From positions 1 through 64,000 of the IMG/VR virus record IMGVR_UViG_3300046170_000519: DNA of 64,000 nucleotides, one strand, 5' to 3'. The position numbers and the translations under genes were made by a program. Shown one piece after another: positions 47,688 to 58,573 of the stretch. Position 1 is the first letter of the stretch; every line of letters begins with the position of its first letter. The notes beneath the pieces were generated by a model. That model ran no database searches. It was not told where the DNA came from and saw nothing but the letters and a program-made list of their open reading frames with translations.

Positions 47688-49623
47688 TTAATCATCTTTT
47701 ATATTTGTTGGATTTAATTGTTTATTTACATTATGTTGCATACGAAGCATGATGCCATCTACATACCCAAGATTATTAAAATCTGCTTGTTCGATATTTG
47801 CCCCATTTTCCATATCATCTAGTATGGACTCGCAAGAACTAATAATATTATACAAATAAAATTCTTCTTTACTTATGTCTTCTCTATTTACTTCTTCTTT
47901 CATTTCTTTTAATTCTGATTCTTTTAAATAATCTTTATATGATTCTAAAGAATTATCACCAACATATAATAATATATTATCGTTACAATAAATTGGCATT
48001 ATGCTACTAACAAATCTTCTTCAATCAATTCACCATTCTTTGTGGGAATAATAACATCAACAAGAAAATCTCTGATCATTTCTGTTATTTGAACCATCTC
48101 ATGGAATTCGTCAAAGTCTAAAGCATTAGCATCACCTTGTCCACCATAACACATACGATAACCTTCTCGTAATGGTGCAGGATTACCTGTGCTTTTTCTG
48201 ACCCAATTTCCTGTTTGAGGACATTTAACATATTGCCAAGGTTGATGAAAAGAATTTAAATAAACTAAAATATCTAAAGCACCTTTTGGGTTACCAACAC
48301 TATCCTTTCTCTCTGTCCAATCAATAAAGTCAATATTAGCAGATGGAAAATCATCTTTTACATCTTTTAATTGAACCATAATTCCTTTATAGTTTTCTTT
48401 GGTATAATATGTAAATGGTTGTCCACCATGCGGACTATGTTGGATTGCTTTGCAACCTGTCATCTCGCACATTTTTCGGTCACGATCACCTTTACTCTTC
48501 CATGACAAAATATGTTCAGAGGGTAAAACCTTCTTTACTAATTGATTACTTTTAAAGATAACATTTTCGGGCGACCATGTTTTCCAACGGACATTTGTGT
48601 TTGTAAAATAGTTCATTTCATCTCCTTTGTTTAATTATTAAAACTAAATCCTAGGAAACTTTTTCAACATTGTCAACAGAAAAATTTGCAAAATGATGAC
48701 CATGCTCATCGTAAAACGCTTGAACAACTTCAATTGCATCAAGCACATCGCTACCATCATCACCAAGAGCAGAGGTTTCTGCTTCATTTAAAACTAATTC
48801 TATCGCTTTTTCTAATTTCATTATTTTGTCTCCCAATTTTTAAATTCTCCGAAAAGTTGCTCCCATTCTTCTTTTATTTCGATGTCGGGCAAATTGTCTA
48901 ATCCTTCAAATCCATTTATTATATATTCAATAATTTGACTGACATTCATGTTCATTGCCTCATATTCTGCAAGGTCGTATCTCATTTCGTCATAATCGGG
49001 ATTACCTTCTCTTGATTCTCTTCGTGTGGTTCTCATATTTTAATCTCCTTCGTTAGTTGCTACTACCAATAGTTTGACATCTTCACCATCTCCTGTCAAC
49101 CCAAAAACATCAAGACAGGCTTGAAAAATTTCTCCATCTTCGGGAGCAATGCTAATCCATGCACAATTTTCTCCATTTTTAGTTGTGATTACATCCCATT
49201 CGTGTTCAAGTAATCTAGCTTTTTGATATTTAGTTAGTTTCATCTTCTAATTCTTCTAATTGTTTGTATAAATTATCTATATCTTTTTCTAATTGCATTA
49301 TATATTTTATATTATGAGGTTCTTTAGCTTCAATATAATCTAATTCAATCTCTAGTTTACGAATTTCTTTATTTAATTTTTCTTTATTCATATTTTCTAT
49401 CAAAATTTTTGGGATCAATCTTTTTCCAATCAACTTCATTGGATTTTATTTTCCATGCGATTTCTCCATTTGTAGGATCAGCATATTCAATACTAAAATC
49501 ACAATCGTCAAGAGTTTTATATGGATCATACTCTCTGACTATTTGCTCTGCTTCGTCTCGACTTTCTGCCTCTACATAGAACATATTGATGATTTTTATT
49601 CCTACTGCATATTCTTTCTTCAT
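47688..49623 (-). CDS. Small hypothetical genes (47688-47999, 47999-48616, 48651-48836, 48821-49036, 49040-49243, 49230-~49400, 49384-49623)
   Basis: Packed, often overlapping ORFs with SD-like aggag. Confidence 0.6.
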
Positions 49624-50138
49624 TTATTTAATTCTCCTTTATACCATTTTAAAAAAACATTAATATCTGCTAAATCTTTATACTGAACTTCATATCTTGA
49701 TTGATCATATACAAAATTTTGTGTTTTTGTTCCTTTAGGTTTTAATTTAGCAATTTTAAAAAATTTAATTTTTGATATAATCCCACATATCCAAACTTTT
49801 GAAAAATCTTTTTTTACTCTGCTGAATATATAATAATCTGTTTTCCTTTTTTTTTGTTCTTCATAAAGTGTTGCGCTATAATAATCAAGAGGTTTTGAGT
49901 TGCAACCTTGAGCTTTAGAATCTATCGTATTATCATCCAATAAAAAGTCAACATTAAAATGATCACTATATGAAAAATCATTAAAACGATCATTAATGCA
50001 AGCCTCGGCTAAATAACCTGTCATTCTTTGTTCTTTGTTCTCTCTATGAGTTCCACTATTTCCAAACTTAACAAAAAATTCTTGATTGCGAGATTTTGCC
50101 TCATCTAAAATATTTTTATTTACAGAAACTTCAATCAT
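49620..50138 (-). CDS. Putative PD-(D/E)xK nuclease-fold protein (172 aa)
   Basis: GYLAE...DF...IDSK spacing of acidic/Lys residues; TDYYIF. Confidence 0.45.
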   Translation of the reverse strand: MIEVSVNKNILDEAKSRNQEFFVKFGNSGTHRENKEQRMTGYLAEACINDRFNDFSYSDHFNVDFLLDDNTIDSKAQGCNSKPLDYYSATLYEEQKKRKTDYYIFSRVKKDFSKVWICGIISKIKFFKIAKLKPKGTKTQNFVYDQSRYEVQYKDLADINVFLKWYKGELNK

Positions 50139-50421
50139 TTTCTAATGCAATTAGCTTTTCTTTTATTGCTCTCTCGCAAAGCTCATTAAATGTAATATTT
50201 TGCTCATGTGCAAGCATCATATACTTTAATAATTCTTCATTATCAAAATCAAGCTCAATTGTTTCGTATTTCACTTTTTTAATAATAAACGCTTCGTCTT
50301 GCGGGATAAACTTTAGCTCATCCCCCACTTTCCATCCTAATCTATCTAGCAAATCATCGGGTAACCGAAAATACAATTCACCATCAAAACTTTCTTTAAC
50401 TTCTAATTCTGTTACTTTCAT
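50131..50421 (-). CDS. AbrB/MazE-like DNA-binding domain protein (96 aa)
   Basis: GELYFRLPDDLLDRLGWKVGDELKF swapped-hairpin signature. Confidence 0.7.
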   Translation of the reverse strand: MKVTELEVKESFDGELYFRLPDDLLDRLGWKVGDELKFIPQDEAFIIKKVKYETIELDFDNEELLKYMMLAHEQNITFNELCERAIKEKLIALEND

Positions 50422-50438
50422 TATTTTTCTACCTCTGT

Positions 50439-51684
50439 TCAGTTTCTTGATTTAATTGACCTAACAATACATTTTGCTCCATGTTCATTATCTGTCATTA
50501 ATGCCTCACCATTTATAAGCATTATTTTATACATCATTTTCCCCATGTGCATCCTCTCTTTAACATAAATGACTTGCTTCGGATTTATGTGATACTTTTC
50601 TTGATTTGCGTCTTCTATTTGAATCATAATTTTATTCAGTTATGTTCTCCATCAATGTTTTTATACAAGTCATCTTGAAACTTTTCTACTTTTTGATTAT
50701 GGAGAGCATCATCCCAACCTTTTGCATAACCTTCGTTAAATTTGTCGTTTTTAAGATGACCTTGCATATTATCATTTTTTTCTTCTTCCGTGAACCATGT
50801 ATATTCCACATTGAATACATCATCTACATTACTAGGATGAAATCCTGCACATACAAGTAAACCTTTAAACATTTCTACCGCCTCATCGACGCTTGTGGAG
50901 TCGAAACCGAATTCATCTTCCACGCTAAATACTTTATTATTTGTTGTAATTGATATTTTCATGATTTATATACATCTTTCCATATTTTACCATCTTTGTC
51001 AAGTTTAGAACTTAAAATCATTATTTTTTTATAGCAGGGGTACAAAAAACTAAAACAATTAAAATATAAAAATTTACTAATAAAGTTCCCGAAATAAAAT
51101 AACACTTTAGAAAGCAAAATTATCATAAATCTTTATTTAAGTTGTCAAGTTCTGCTTGTTTTAAGTTTTCGTCAAGCAAATGGTCTAGCAAATGAACAAT
51201 GCCCCAACCCATTTCTTGATCAAGTAATCCATAAATACCTTCACCTTTATCATCATGCCATAAAATTGATAGCAAATGATTTCTTTGTTCTTCTAGTAAT
51301 TTGTAATCAATGTTCATTTTTAACTTTACTGCCCCACTCTAATGGTTCGTCATCATTTAAATCGCAAGCAATTTGCACATTAGTAATATTATGCCATGCT
51401 TGTTCAGCAAAGACACTACCATCCTTATTGCGACTTGGTCTTTTAAATCTTTTATTGCAATTATTTTGGATATGCCTGTCGATAATTTCAATATCATCAG
51501 CAATACAAGATAAACGATGTCTAAGTTCAAAATTTTCTTTCATTAATCTTTCGATATTTTGCTTGTTAATCTCATGCTCTACTTCCGTCATGTAAGCATA
51601 AGCTGAATCTTTTTTTTGTTCAGCTAAACTCATGTTTACAGATTCTTCGTAAGTTGGATAATCGTCTCCTATAATTTCTTTCAT
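50439..51684 (-). CDS. Hypothetical genes 50439-50627, 50636-50962, 51123-51317, 51307-51684
   Basis: ORF track; co-oriented. Confidence 0.6.
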
Positions 51685-51698
51685 GTCTATACCTTATA

Positions 51699-52562
51699 TT
51701 AGTCAATTGATGTTGTCAACTCTTTTTTAAAGAAAAAATCAAAACCTAACTTTTCATTAAATTCTTTCAATGATTCTTCATCTAATATGTCATTTAAATA
51801 AGAAATGAAATTATCACCTTTATCTTCGATTAAAGATTTGATATTTTTTATGTTATTTATATTTGCTAAAGCCTCTGATTGAAGATTAGCTTGCCCTTGA
51901 CTAAATTCACCTTCTTGTTTGAAATGAAGACCAACTTGAGTTATTGCGTCAATGTAATACATAATCCAATCCCATACTTCAGATGTTGCAAACATAAGTT
52001 CTACATTTTCTTCGTCAAAAGAATCGACATTCACAGGATTAGGTTTTTTTTTATTAACTAAACGATGAAATTGAAGACTTAATTTAGCTTTTTCTTTAAT
52101 TATATTAAAATCAAAATCTCTTATACCTATTTCTATAACTTTTAAGTTCCAAAAATTTCCTCTTTGCCCTTTTGGGGGATAAGAACCCAACATATTCCAA
52201 TATCCTGCACCATTTTCATTTAAATATTGCTCTAATGATCGTCTTGAATTCTTCATCCAATTAAAAAAATCTTCAGCAGTAGCATTTGATACATTAGGAG
52301 CATCATTATGGCAATCTCTGCATAATAATAATAGATTACTAGGTTCATCTTTTCCCTCTTGAGAATGTGGAATTATATGACATCTTTGAATATTTTTTGT
52401 CGTTCCACATCTCCAACACCTACCCCCATCTACATCTAAATCAGCTTGATCTATTGCCATTCCAACCTCGTCACCATTTGCATATTTTGGCGAATTCATC
52501 CAATATTCTATAATGTCTTTTATAGATGTTTTAATAGAACCTCTTTTCTTTTTCATGCTCAT
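51699..52562 (-). CDS. HNH endonuclease (287 aa)
   Basis: CWRCG...HIIPHSQEG....NLLLLCRDCH. Confidence 0.88.
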   Translation of the reverse strand: MSMKKKRGSIKTSIKDIIEYWMNSPKYANGDEVGMAIDQADLDVDGGRCWRCGTTKNIQRCHIIPHSQEGKDEPSNLLLLCRDCHNDAPNVSNATAEDFFNWMKNSRRSLEQYLNENGAGYWNMLGSYPPKGQRGNFWNLKVIEIGIRDFDFNIIKEKAKLSLQFHRLVNKKKPNPVNVDSFDEENVELMFATSEVWDWIMYYIDAITQVGLHFKQEGEFSQGQANLQSEALANINNIKNIKSLIEDKGDNFISYLNDILDEESLKEFNEKLGFDFFFKKELTTSID

Positions 52563-52747
52563 CCCTTATGTGAATTATTTATTATTGTCAAGCGTTTATT
52601 TTTTCGGTGGAAATCTACCATAGTTTCCCATGCCATCGTAATCCATGAAGTCGCCATTAACTTCACTCATTATTTTATCCATTTTCTTTTTAGATGAACG
52701 AGTATCTTTTCTGCGATAAAACCAATTAATTATTGTGCGAATCATTT

Positions 52748-55508
52748 TCATCTTTTTGCTTCCACTTGTTCTTGCGTCATTTCGCCTCTAATAAATGCAC
52801 CAAAATCATCATTATTTAAATGAGATGTATCGGGTGGAGCAACACCAAACTCTCCACCTATACCTAAAAGTTTTGCTCTGTCATTAAGTCTCTTGTTCAT
52901 CTCCTCTTTTAATTGAAACATTTTTTCCACAAGGTCTTCAATGAGAGGATAACCCGCCAACTCAAAAAGGCGAGTATCTAATCCACTTTCAACTTCAAAC
53001 AAACTATCTATTTTTTGTGCTTCTTCGTATTTATTCATATCTTTACCTTATAAGTCTTGGTTTAATTTGTCAAGCTCCGAATCATCTTTAGGCTTTTCTC
53101 TCTCTTCTATAAAACTAACTTCAGCATTTTGTCTCCATGCTTTGCTTACTTCATAATCAGCATCCATCTCATTAAAAGCTTTAATAACTGCATCATCTTC
53201 CGATTCCGAATCAACAAGATAAGTGCGATAAGTTGTGCTTGCTATTTCTATTTCAAATGTTTTCATAGCTAAAATACTATTATAGCTATTCTAATTTGTC
53301 AAGTATATTTTTAAACTCTTCATAAGTTATAGCTTCGCTTTTTTCAAAGTCTTCACATGGCTTTGCGAATTTTATTTTGCCAAGTTTTAATATTTTTTCC
53401 TCATTAATTTCACACGGAAAGAAATAATTAAAATGTTTTTTTACATCTTTAAGCATTAATTGCAAAGATTCAAGTAAATCTTCGGGGCTTTCACCTATTA
53501 TTTCGGGTTTTTCAGAATGAGCAAAAATTTCTCCATCGTCATTATACATAACTTCATAAAGACCATAGCCATTTTCGTCTTTAATTATTCTGTAATTCCA
53601 CATTAGTTATTCCTCATACATATAAATTGGAGTGTATTCGCCAACATAAGCGCCTTCAATATTAAAATGGAAAAAATCTCTTGCGTCTTCTTCACTCATG
53701 CCTTCATTTATTAATCCCCCTATGATTTGGTCAGTAGAATAAACAACTCTGCCATCGCTAGAATAACCCATAATTGCATGATCATGCCCATCTGCGAGCA
53801 ATGCTTCGGGGTTGAATTCACGAATGTTTTCTTTTAATTGCTCTACTCGTTCAGATCGAATTTTTCTAATTTTATCTATTGTGTCCATATTTTTATTTTT
53901 ATTATCATTACAAACGCAATTCTCATCTTTACAAGCCATATCAAGAATAATTTTCTAACAACCAATTTAAATATATTTTTAATTCATAAAAAAACCTATC
54001 AGAATTATTCTGCTCAAACCAAAAAGAAAGATTTTCAATTAAATCACCCATTCTGTTGGAAACCCTTTGTAATTCTTCAACTGAAAGATTTCCATTATTA
54101 AGCATATCTTCAATGATAAGTATGTTTGCATCAACAATAGACTTTATATGTTCCTCATTCATGAACTTCTCCTACATAATCTCCATTTGATAAAATAATA
54201 TCTTCAACTATTTGCATTGTTTCATTTTGAACAAAAGGCTCTAGTTTGTCAAGTAATTTATTAGCAATCATTTCTTGAGCAGATTCGGATTGCAAATTAA
54301 TTTGACAAGTACCTGTGTTGGCACAAGCTATTTCCTTTAAAGTATTAAGTATTATCTCTTTCATTGTTTATAGGTATTTCAAGGGATTTAACAAATTGAT
54401 TCAATGTCTCTAACCTGCTTTCGGCATCATCTAATAATGATAGAGATTCTTCCGCATTTTTATAAAAATCAGTAGTTGAATGATCTCCAATACCAATTGG
54501 TATTTCCCCTAATAATTTCAAACTTAATTTTGCTTTAGCTATATCAGCTTCCGCTGAAGTTTTTAACATATTATATAATTCTTTATTCATTACCTGTTAG
54601 TATATACTATATTTGAAAGCAAATCAAGAGAAAAAACACCCCTAATGCTCCAAATAGAACTTTTATTTCGTTAATTTTATTTTTCAATTTTTTTTCTACA
54701 CTCCCAATTTGATTTTGCCATTTCTCTTTGCCTTCTAAGTTCATTGCCTTGATTTTTTAATATTGCAATAGCTTTGTTTTCATTCATGTCACCATAAAGA
54801 ACTTTTTGAACGCAAACTTGCACTTCTCTTGCGGTAACTCGATAGGGGAAGTTTCTGTAAAGAAACTTATAAAACTTGCCACTTATTTTGCCGTGCTTTA
54901 ATTTTTTGTGCAAAAATCTTCTGTAATTGCAATTTTTAGTATTATGTAAGGTTTTCATGTTGCGGAAGTATAATATACAAAATATCATACAGAGAGTCAA
55001 GACTTTCTTTTACCTTTATTGTCATACTTACGTTTCCAAAACCTTCCACACTCTCTCAAGGACGAATTAGCTTCTCTAATGTACTCAAGAGTGTCATTTA
55101 CTAATTGTATTTGAGAATCTATTGTTTCTGATTTAGATTTATTTTTTATTTGTTCAAGAACTTCTTGAATGAAATTTATATATGGACACGTATCGGGCGG
55201 TACTTCGGGTTCTCTTTTGTTTGGAAAAAGAGGATTCATTTTTTTATCGGTTGTATTTCCATCCAATATTCCGCTGAATTATCTTTTGAGGGATTTAAAC
55301 CGCAAATAAAATAACCATCTTTTTTGGAATAAAAAACCAAAAGAGAGTTATTTGGTGGAGACTCTTCTTCTGTGGAGCGCCAAAAATAATTAAATTTAAA
55401 ATCTTTGATGATGGAATTATACTTTTTAGAAAGATTTTCTTGAGCGTCGGAATAACCTTTTGAGTAACCTCTTCCAAAGAAAATATCTTCAGACATTTGC
55501 TCAATCAT
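52748..55508 (-). CDS. Cluster of small hypothetical genes (52748-53038, 53048-53266, 53286-53603, 53607-53939, 53941-54162, 54155-54364, 54345-54590, 54677-~54958, 54997-55266, 55236-55508)
   Basis: ORF track; packed co-oriented genes. Confidence 0.6.
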
Positions 55509-56182
55509 AAATTATCATCCATATCAAAAAGATTTTCAAAATTAAAGATTTCAAAATCTTTACTTAGCAGTTTTCTTAAATGTTTTTTAGCCTCTTTGGA
55601 GAAATTAACAGAAGATTTTTTTGTTTTTGTTGTGTTAACCTTCTTCTGTTCCAAATTAATTGGATAACCTAACTCATTAGATATTTTAGCTAAATCTTCT
55701 TGAAGGGTTTTCATTGTTAAGATTCTGTCAACAATCAGATTATCCTTATCATCACAAACAAAAATATGTTGATGAATTGGATTGTAATTAGAGTCTCTTC
55801 TTTTGTTTAAAGGGAAAGAATACTTTGAATAAAAAGTACCATTTTGAAAACCCCAATGATGGGGGCAATCAGCTAAAATCCAATTATTAAAGTTTAAAAT
55901 AGTATAAGGTTTAGCCCCTAATTCTTTATGATAAAGATACCAACTCTTTGCTCTTTCGTAAGGATCACGTATAACACAAAACTTTAAGGAGTTGTCAAAA
56001 TGCACTCCATACCTCTCCTTCATTACAGAAGCTCTGCAATGATTATCTGATATGAAATTTTGCTCTAAAACTTGAGCGATAACTTTTTGTGAGTTTCCAT
56101 CTACTAATGCACAATTTAACATTCTTTGAATAGTTCTTGAGGCATTTTTTGGAATACTAATGAATAGACCTTTTTTTTTCAT
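55505..56182 (-). CDS. Sulfotransferase family 2 protein (225 aa)
   Basis: FISIPKNASRTI (5'-PSB) and FCVIRDPYERAKSWY (3'-PB) motifs. Confidence 0.85.
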   Translation of the reverse strand: MKKKGLFISIPKNASRTIQRMLNCALVDGNSQKVIAQVLEQNFISDNHCRASVMKERYGVHFDNSLKFCVIRDPYERAKSWYLYHKELGAKPYTILNFNNWILADCPHHWGFQNGTFYSKYSFPLNKRRDSNYNPIHQHIFVCDDKDNLIVDRILTMKTLQEDLAKISNELGYPINLEQKKVNTTKTKKSSVNFSKEAKKHLRKLLSKDFEIFNFENLFDMDDNL

Positions 56183-56236
56183 ATATAATATAGTTGTTAT
56201 ATTATATAATAATTAATAAACTTTAAAAATCAAAAT

Positions 56237-58063
56237 TTAATTCCAATCAAAATCCGCTGATATTGCAAAAGCTAATCTATCTTTCCAAGGGTTGCCATAT
56301 TGATCTTTTTGAGTGGGATCAGTAATCTTTACTATAATATTTGCACCCCAATCATTTAACTCTTCTCCATCCGTACAATAATCGCAATCAATATCTAATG
56401 TAGGAGTATCTTCTACATGAGTATCTTCTTTGTAATCAAGAAACCAAACAGGTACGGACAAACCTTCTTCAACTAAATCTTCTCTAATTGTTAAATGACT
56501 ATTTTTTGCACTCATTTTTGTTTACGTTTTTTAAGGTTAATGCAAGTTCTTCTCTAACATATCTTTTCTTTTCGCCATTTAATAATAATTGCTTATTTAA
56601 ATTAAATGCTTCCCATTTTGTTAATAGGATTGGTCTTTTAGGTAAAATTGGATTTGGTTTATCCCAATCAACTGCAATGTAAGAGATAAGACTCATTTTA
56701 CTTCCATTAATTCTTTTATTTTGTCTCTAGCTTCATACCAAAGTTCAGATTCAACTTTCTCATCAAATGCTTGTAATTTCATTACTCCATAACGATACCA
56801 TACATCACATATCTTGTCGATGTTTTTATCATCGGGTTTTACATTATAATGATTCCAATGTTTTTCTCCATCAATAGTTTCTTGCTCTATCCATTCAGCA
56901 GGAAAACCATCGGGAAAATACATAAGAGCATTATCGTTCGCAAACTTTCTAGCAAGAGATACAAAGCTATCTTCTCTCTCATGTGACTCGTAAAGATCAA
57001 CATCTTCATACCAAGACTCACAAACACTAATCTCAAATTGAAAAGTATCTTTGATTGCAACATATTTTTGTTGCCATTTTGGTCGATTATCGTCACCATG
57101 CTCTAATATGTCAACACTATGATCTTTGCCATACCATTTCATGTGCCTAGTGACAAGACTCGCATAGATAATCTTTTGAAACTCTTTAAGAAGTTCTTGA
57201 TTAGACTTTGCAGTCATTGATGTTCTTTTAAAACTTACTGATAAACCTTCTCCGCTCATAACAAACTAAATATTATAGAAAAAATAGAGTACGTCAACAA
57301 AAATATCTTTTAAATACCCGCTTTAATAAGAAAAAAAGTTATAAATAAAATAATAAAAAGCTCAAGAAGGATATAATCATTATAAGAAATAATATAAGCC
57401 AACCTTCCGAATCCATTTTTTAATTTTAATAAAACTTTTATATAATTATATTAATCTTCAAATATAATTTTTCCACTTCCATCTTTATTATAATTAAATA
57501 AATAATTTGTTCTATCTGTATCTATTTGATGATAAGGATTATCTTCAGTTGGTGGATCAACTGCATAGCAAGCAACATCCCAAGACCATTCGCTAGGATC
57601 AGTATATTTATACTCATTATTCCAATTAAATTCTCCAACATTATCACCACAATAAATATTGTAATCTATGTAAGTACCATCTTCTAGTTGGTAACTATTC
57701 CAATAGTCAAAATTATCTCCATCGGTTTCGACTTCGGGATTAGCTTCAACTTTTTTAATATGAGTTAGTGCTAGATCAATTATTGCTAAAGCAACTTCTT
57801 TGGGTGCTTGCCAAGGTTTTTCTAGTTCAATCATTTTGTGTTTCCTTATTTGATATTGTTCCATTTTTAATTAAAGACTCAAATATGCTCCACATTTTTT
57901 GATAGCGAGTTTCGTGCATTTGCTTCATGCCGATCAACATATTTAATAGTTGGTCTTCAGTATGCTTGATAGGGGAGTCCCCAATGGCATATATAATTGT
58001 TTCTATATCTTCACCTATTTGGTGAAGGTCACTCATTGCATCTTCTAAATCAAATCTATTCAT
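56237..58063 (-). CDS. Hypothetical genes 56237-56515, 56499-56696, 56693-57259, 57451-~57835, 57827-58063
   Basis: ORF track; overlapping starts and stops. Confidence 0.6.
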
Positions 58064-58535
58064 GGTATCTAACTATATAGGTTTTAAATTTTCTGTCAAT
58101 CAAAATATCATTTATCATAGAAAAAATTACATTCCAACTTCCCCCTGCAAGTCCACAAGAAATACCCCAAGGTAAACCAAGAGTCTTTTCTGCCCCCTCA
58201 TGCTTGGATTGCCATTCAATATGAACCGCCACTTTACTTAATGCAACATAAAATGCTTCGTAATTAACTGACCTTTCATCTCCAATCTTCGATTGGGTAT
58301 ACATATTATAAATACCTTTATTTTGGGTAGCATCAGTCACCGCAAAACTATAATCTCCTAAAACATTATCGCCTTTCATCATTGCATGGCAATCGGCAGA
58401 GTAAGCATTAGGGTAGCGATATTTTATTTCCCTAGCGATTCCTGCACCCATAACATTATGAGTGTTACATGAATGAGCTATAAAGTCAATACCATTTGGA
58501 AAATCAAGAAGATTGCCATCTATTATTTGCACCAT
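58056..58535 (-). CDS. Macrodomain (ADP-ribose binding/hydrolase) protein (159 aa)
   Basis: IDGNLL...IAHSCNTHNVMGAGIA...NMYTQ...LPWGISCGLAGGSW; TTGACT-17-TAAGGT-6-ATG. Confidence 0.88.
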   Translation of the reverse strand: MVQIIDGNLLDFPNGIDFIAHSCNTHNVMGAGIAREIKYRYPNAYSADCHAMMKGDNVLGDYSFAVTDATQNKGIYNMYTQSKIGDERSVNYEAFYVALSKVAVHIEWQSKHEGAEKTLGLPWGISCGLAGGSWNVIFSMINDILIDRKFKTYIVRYHE

Positions 58536-58573
58536 ACCAACACCTTAATAAATTATTAATCAAGAGTCAAGCA

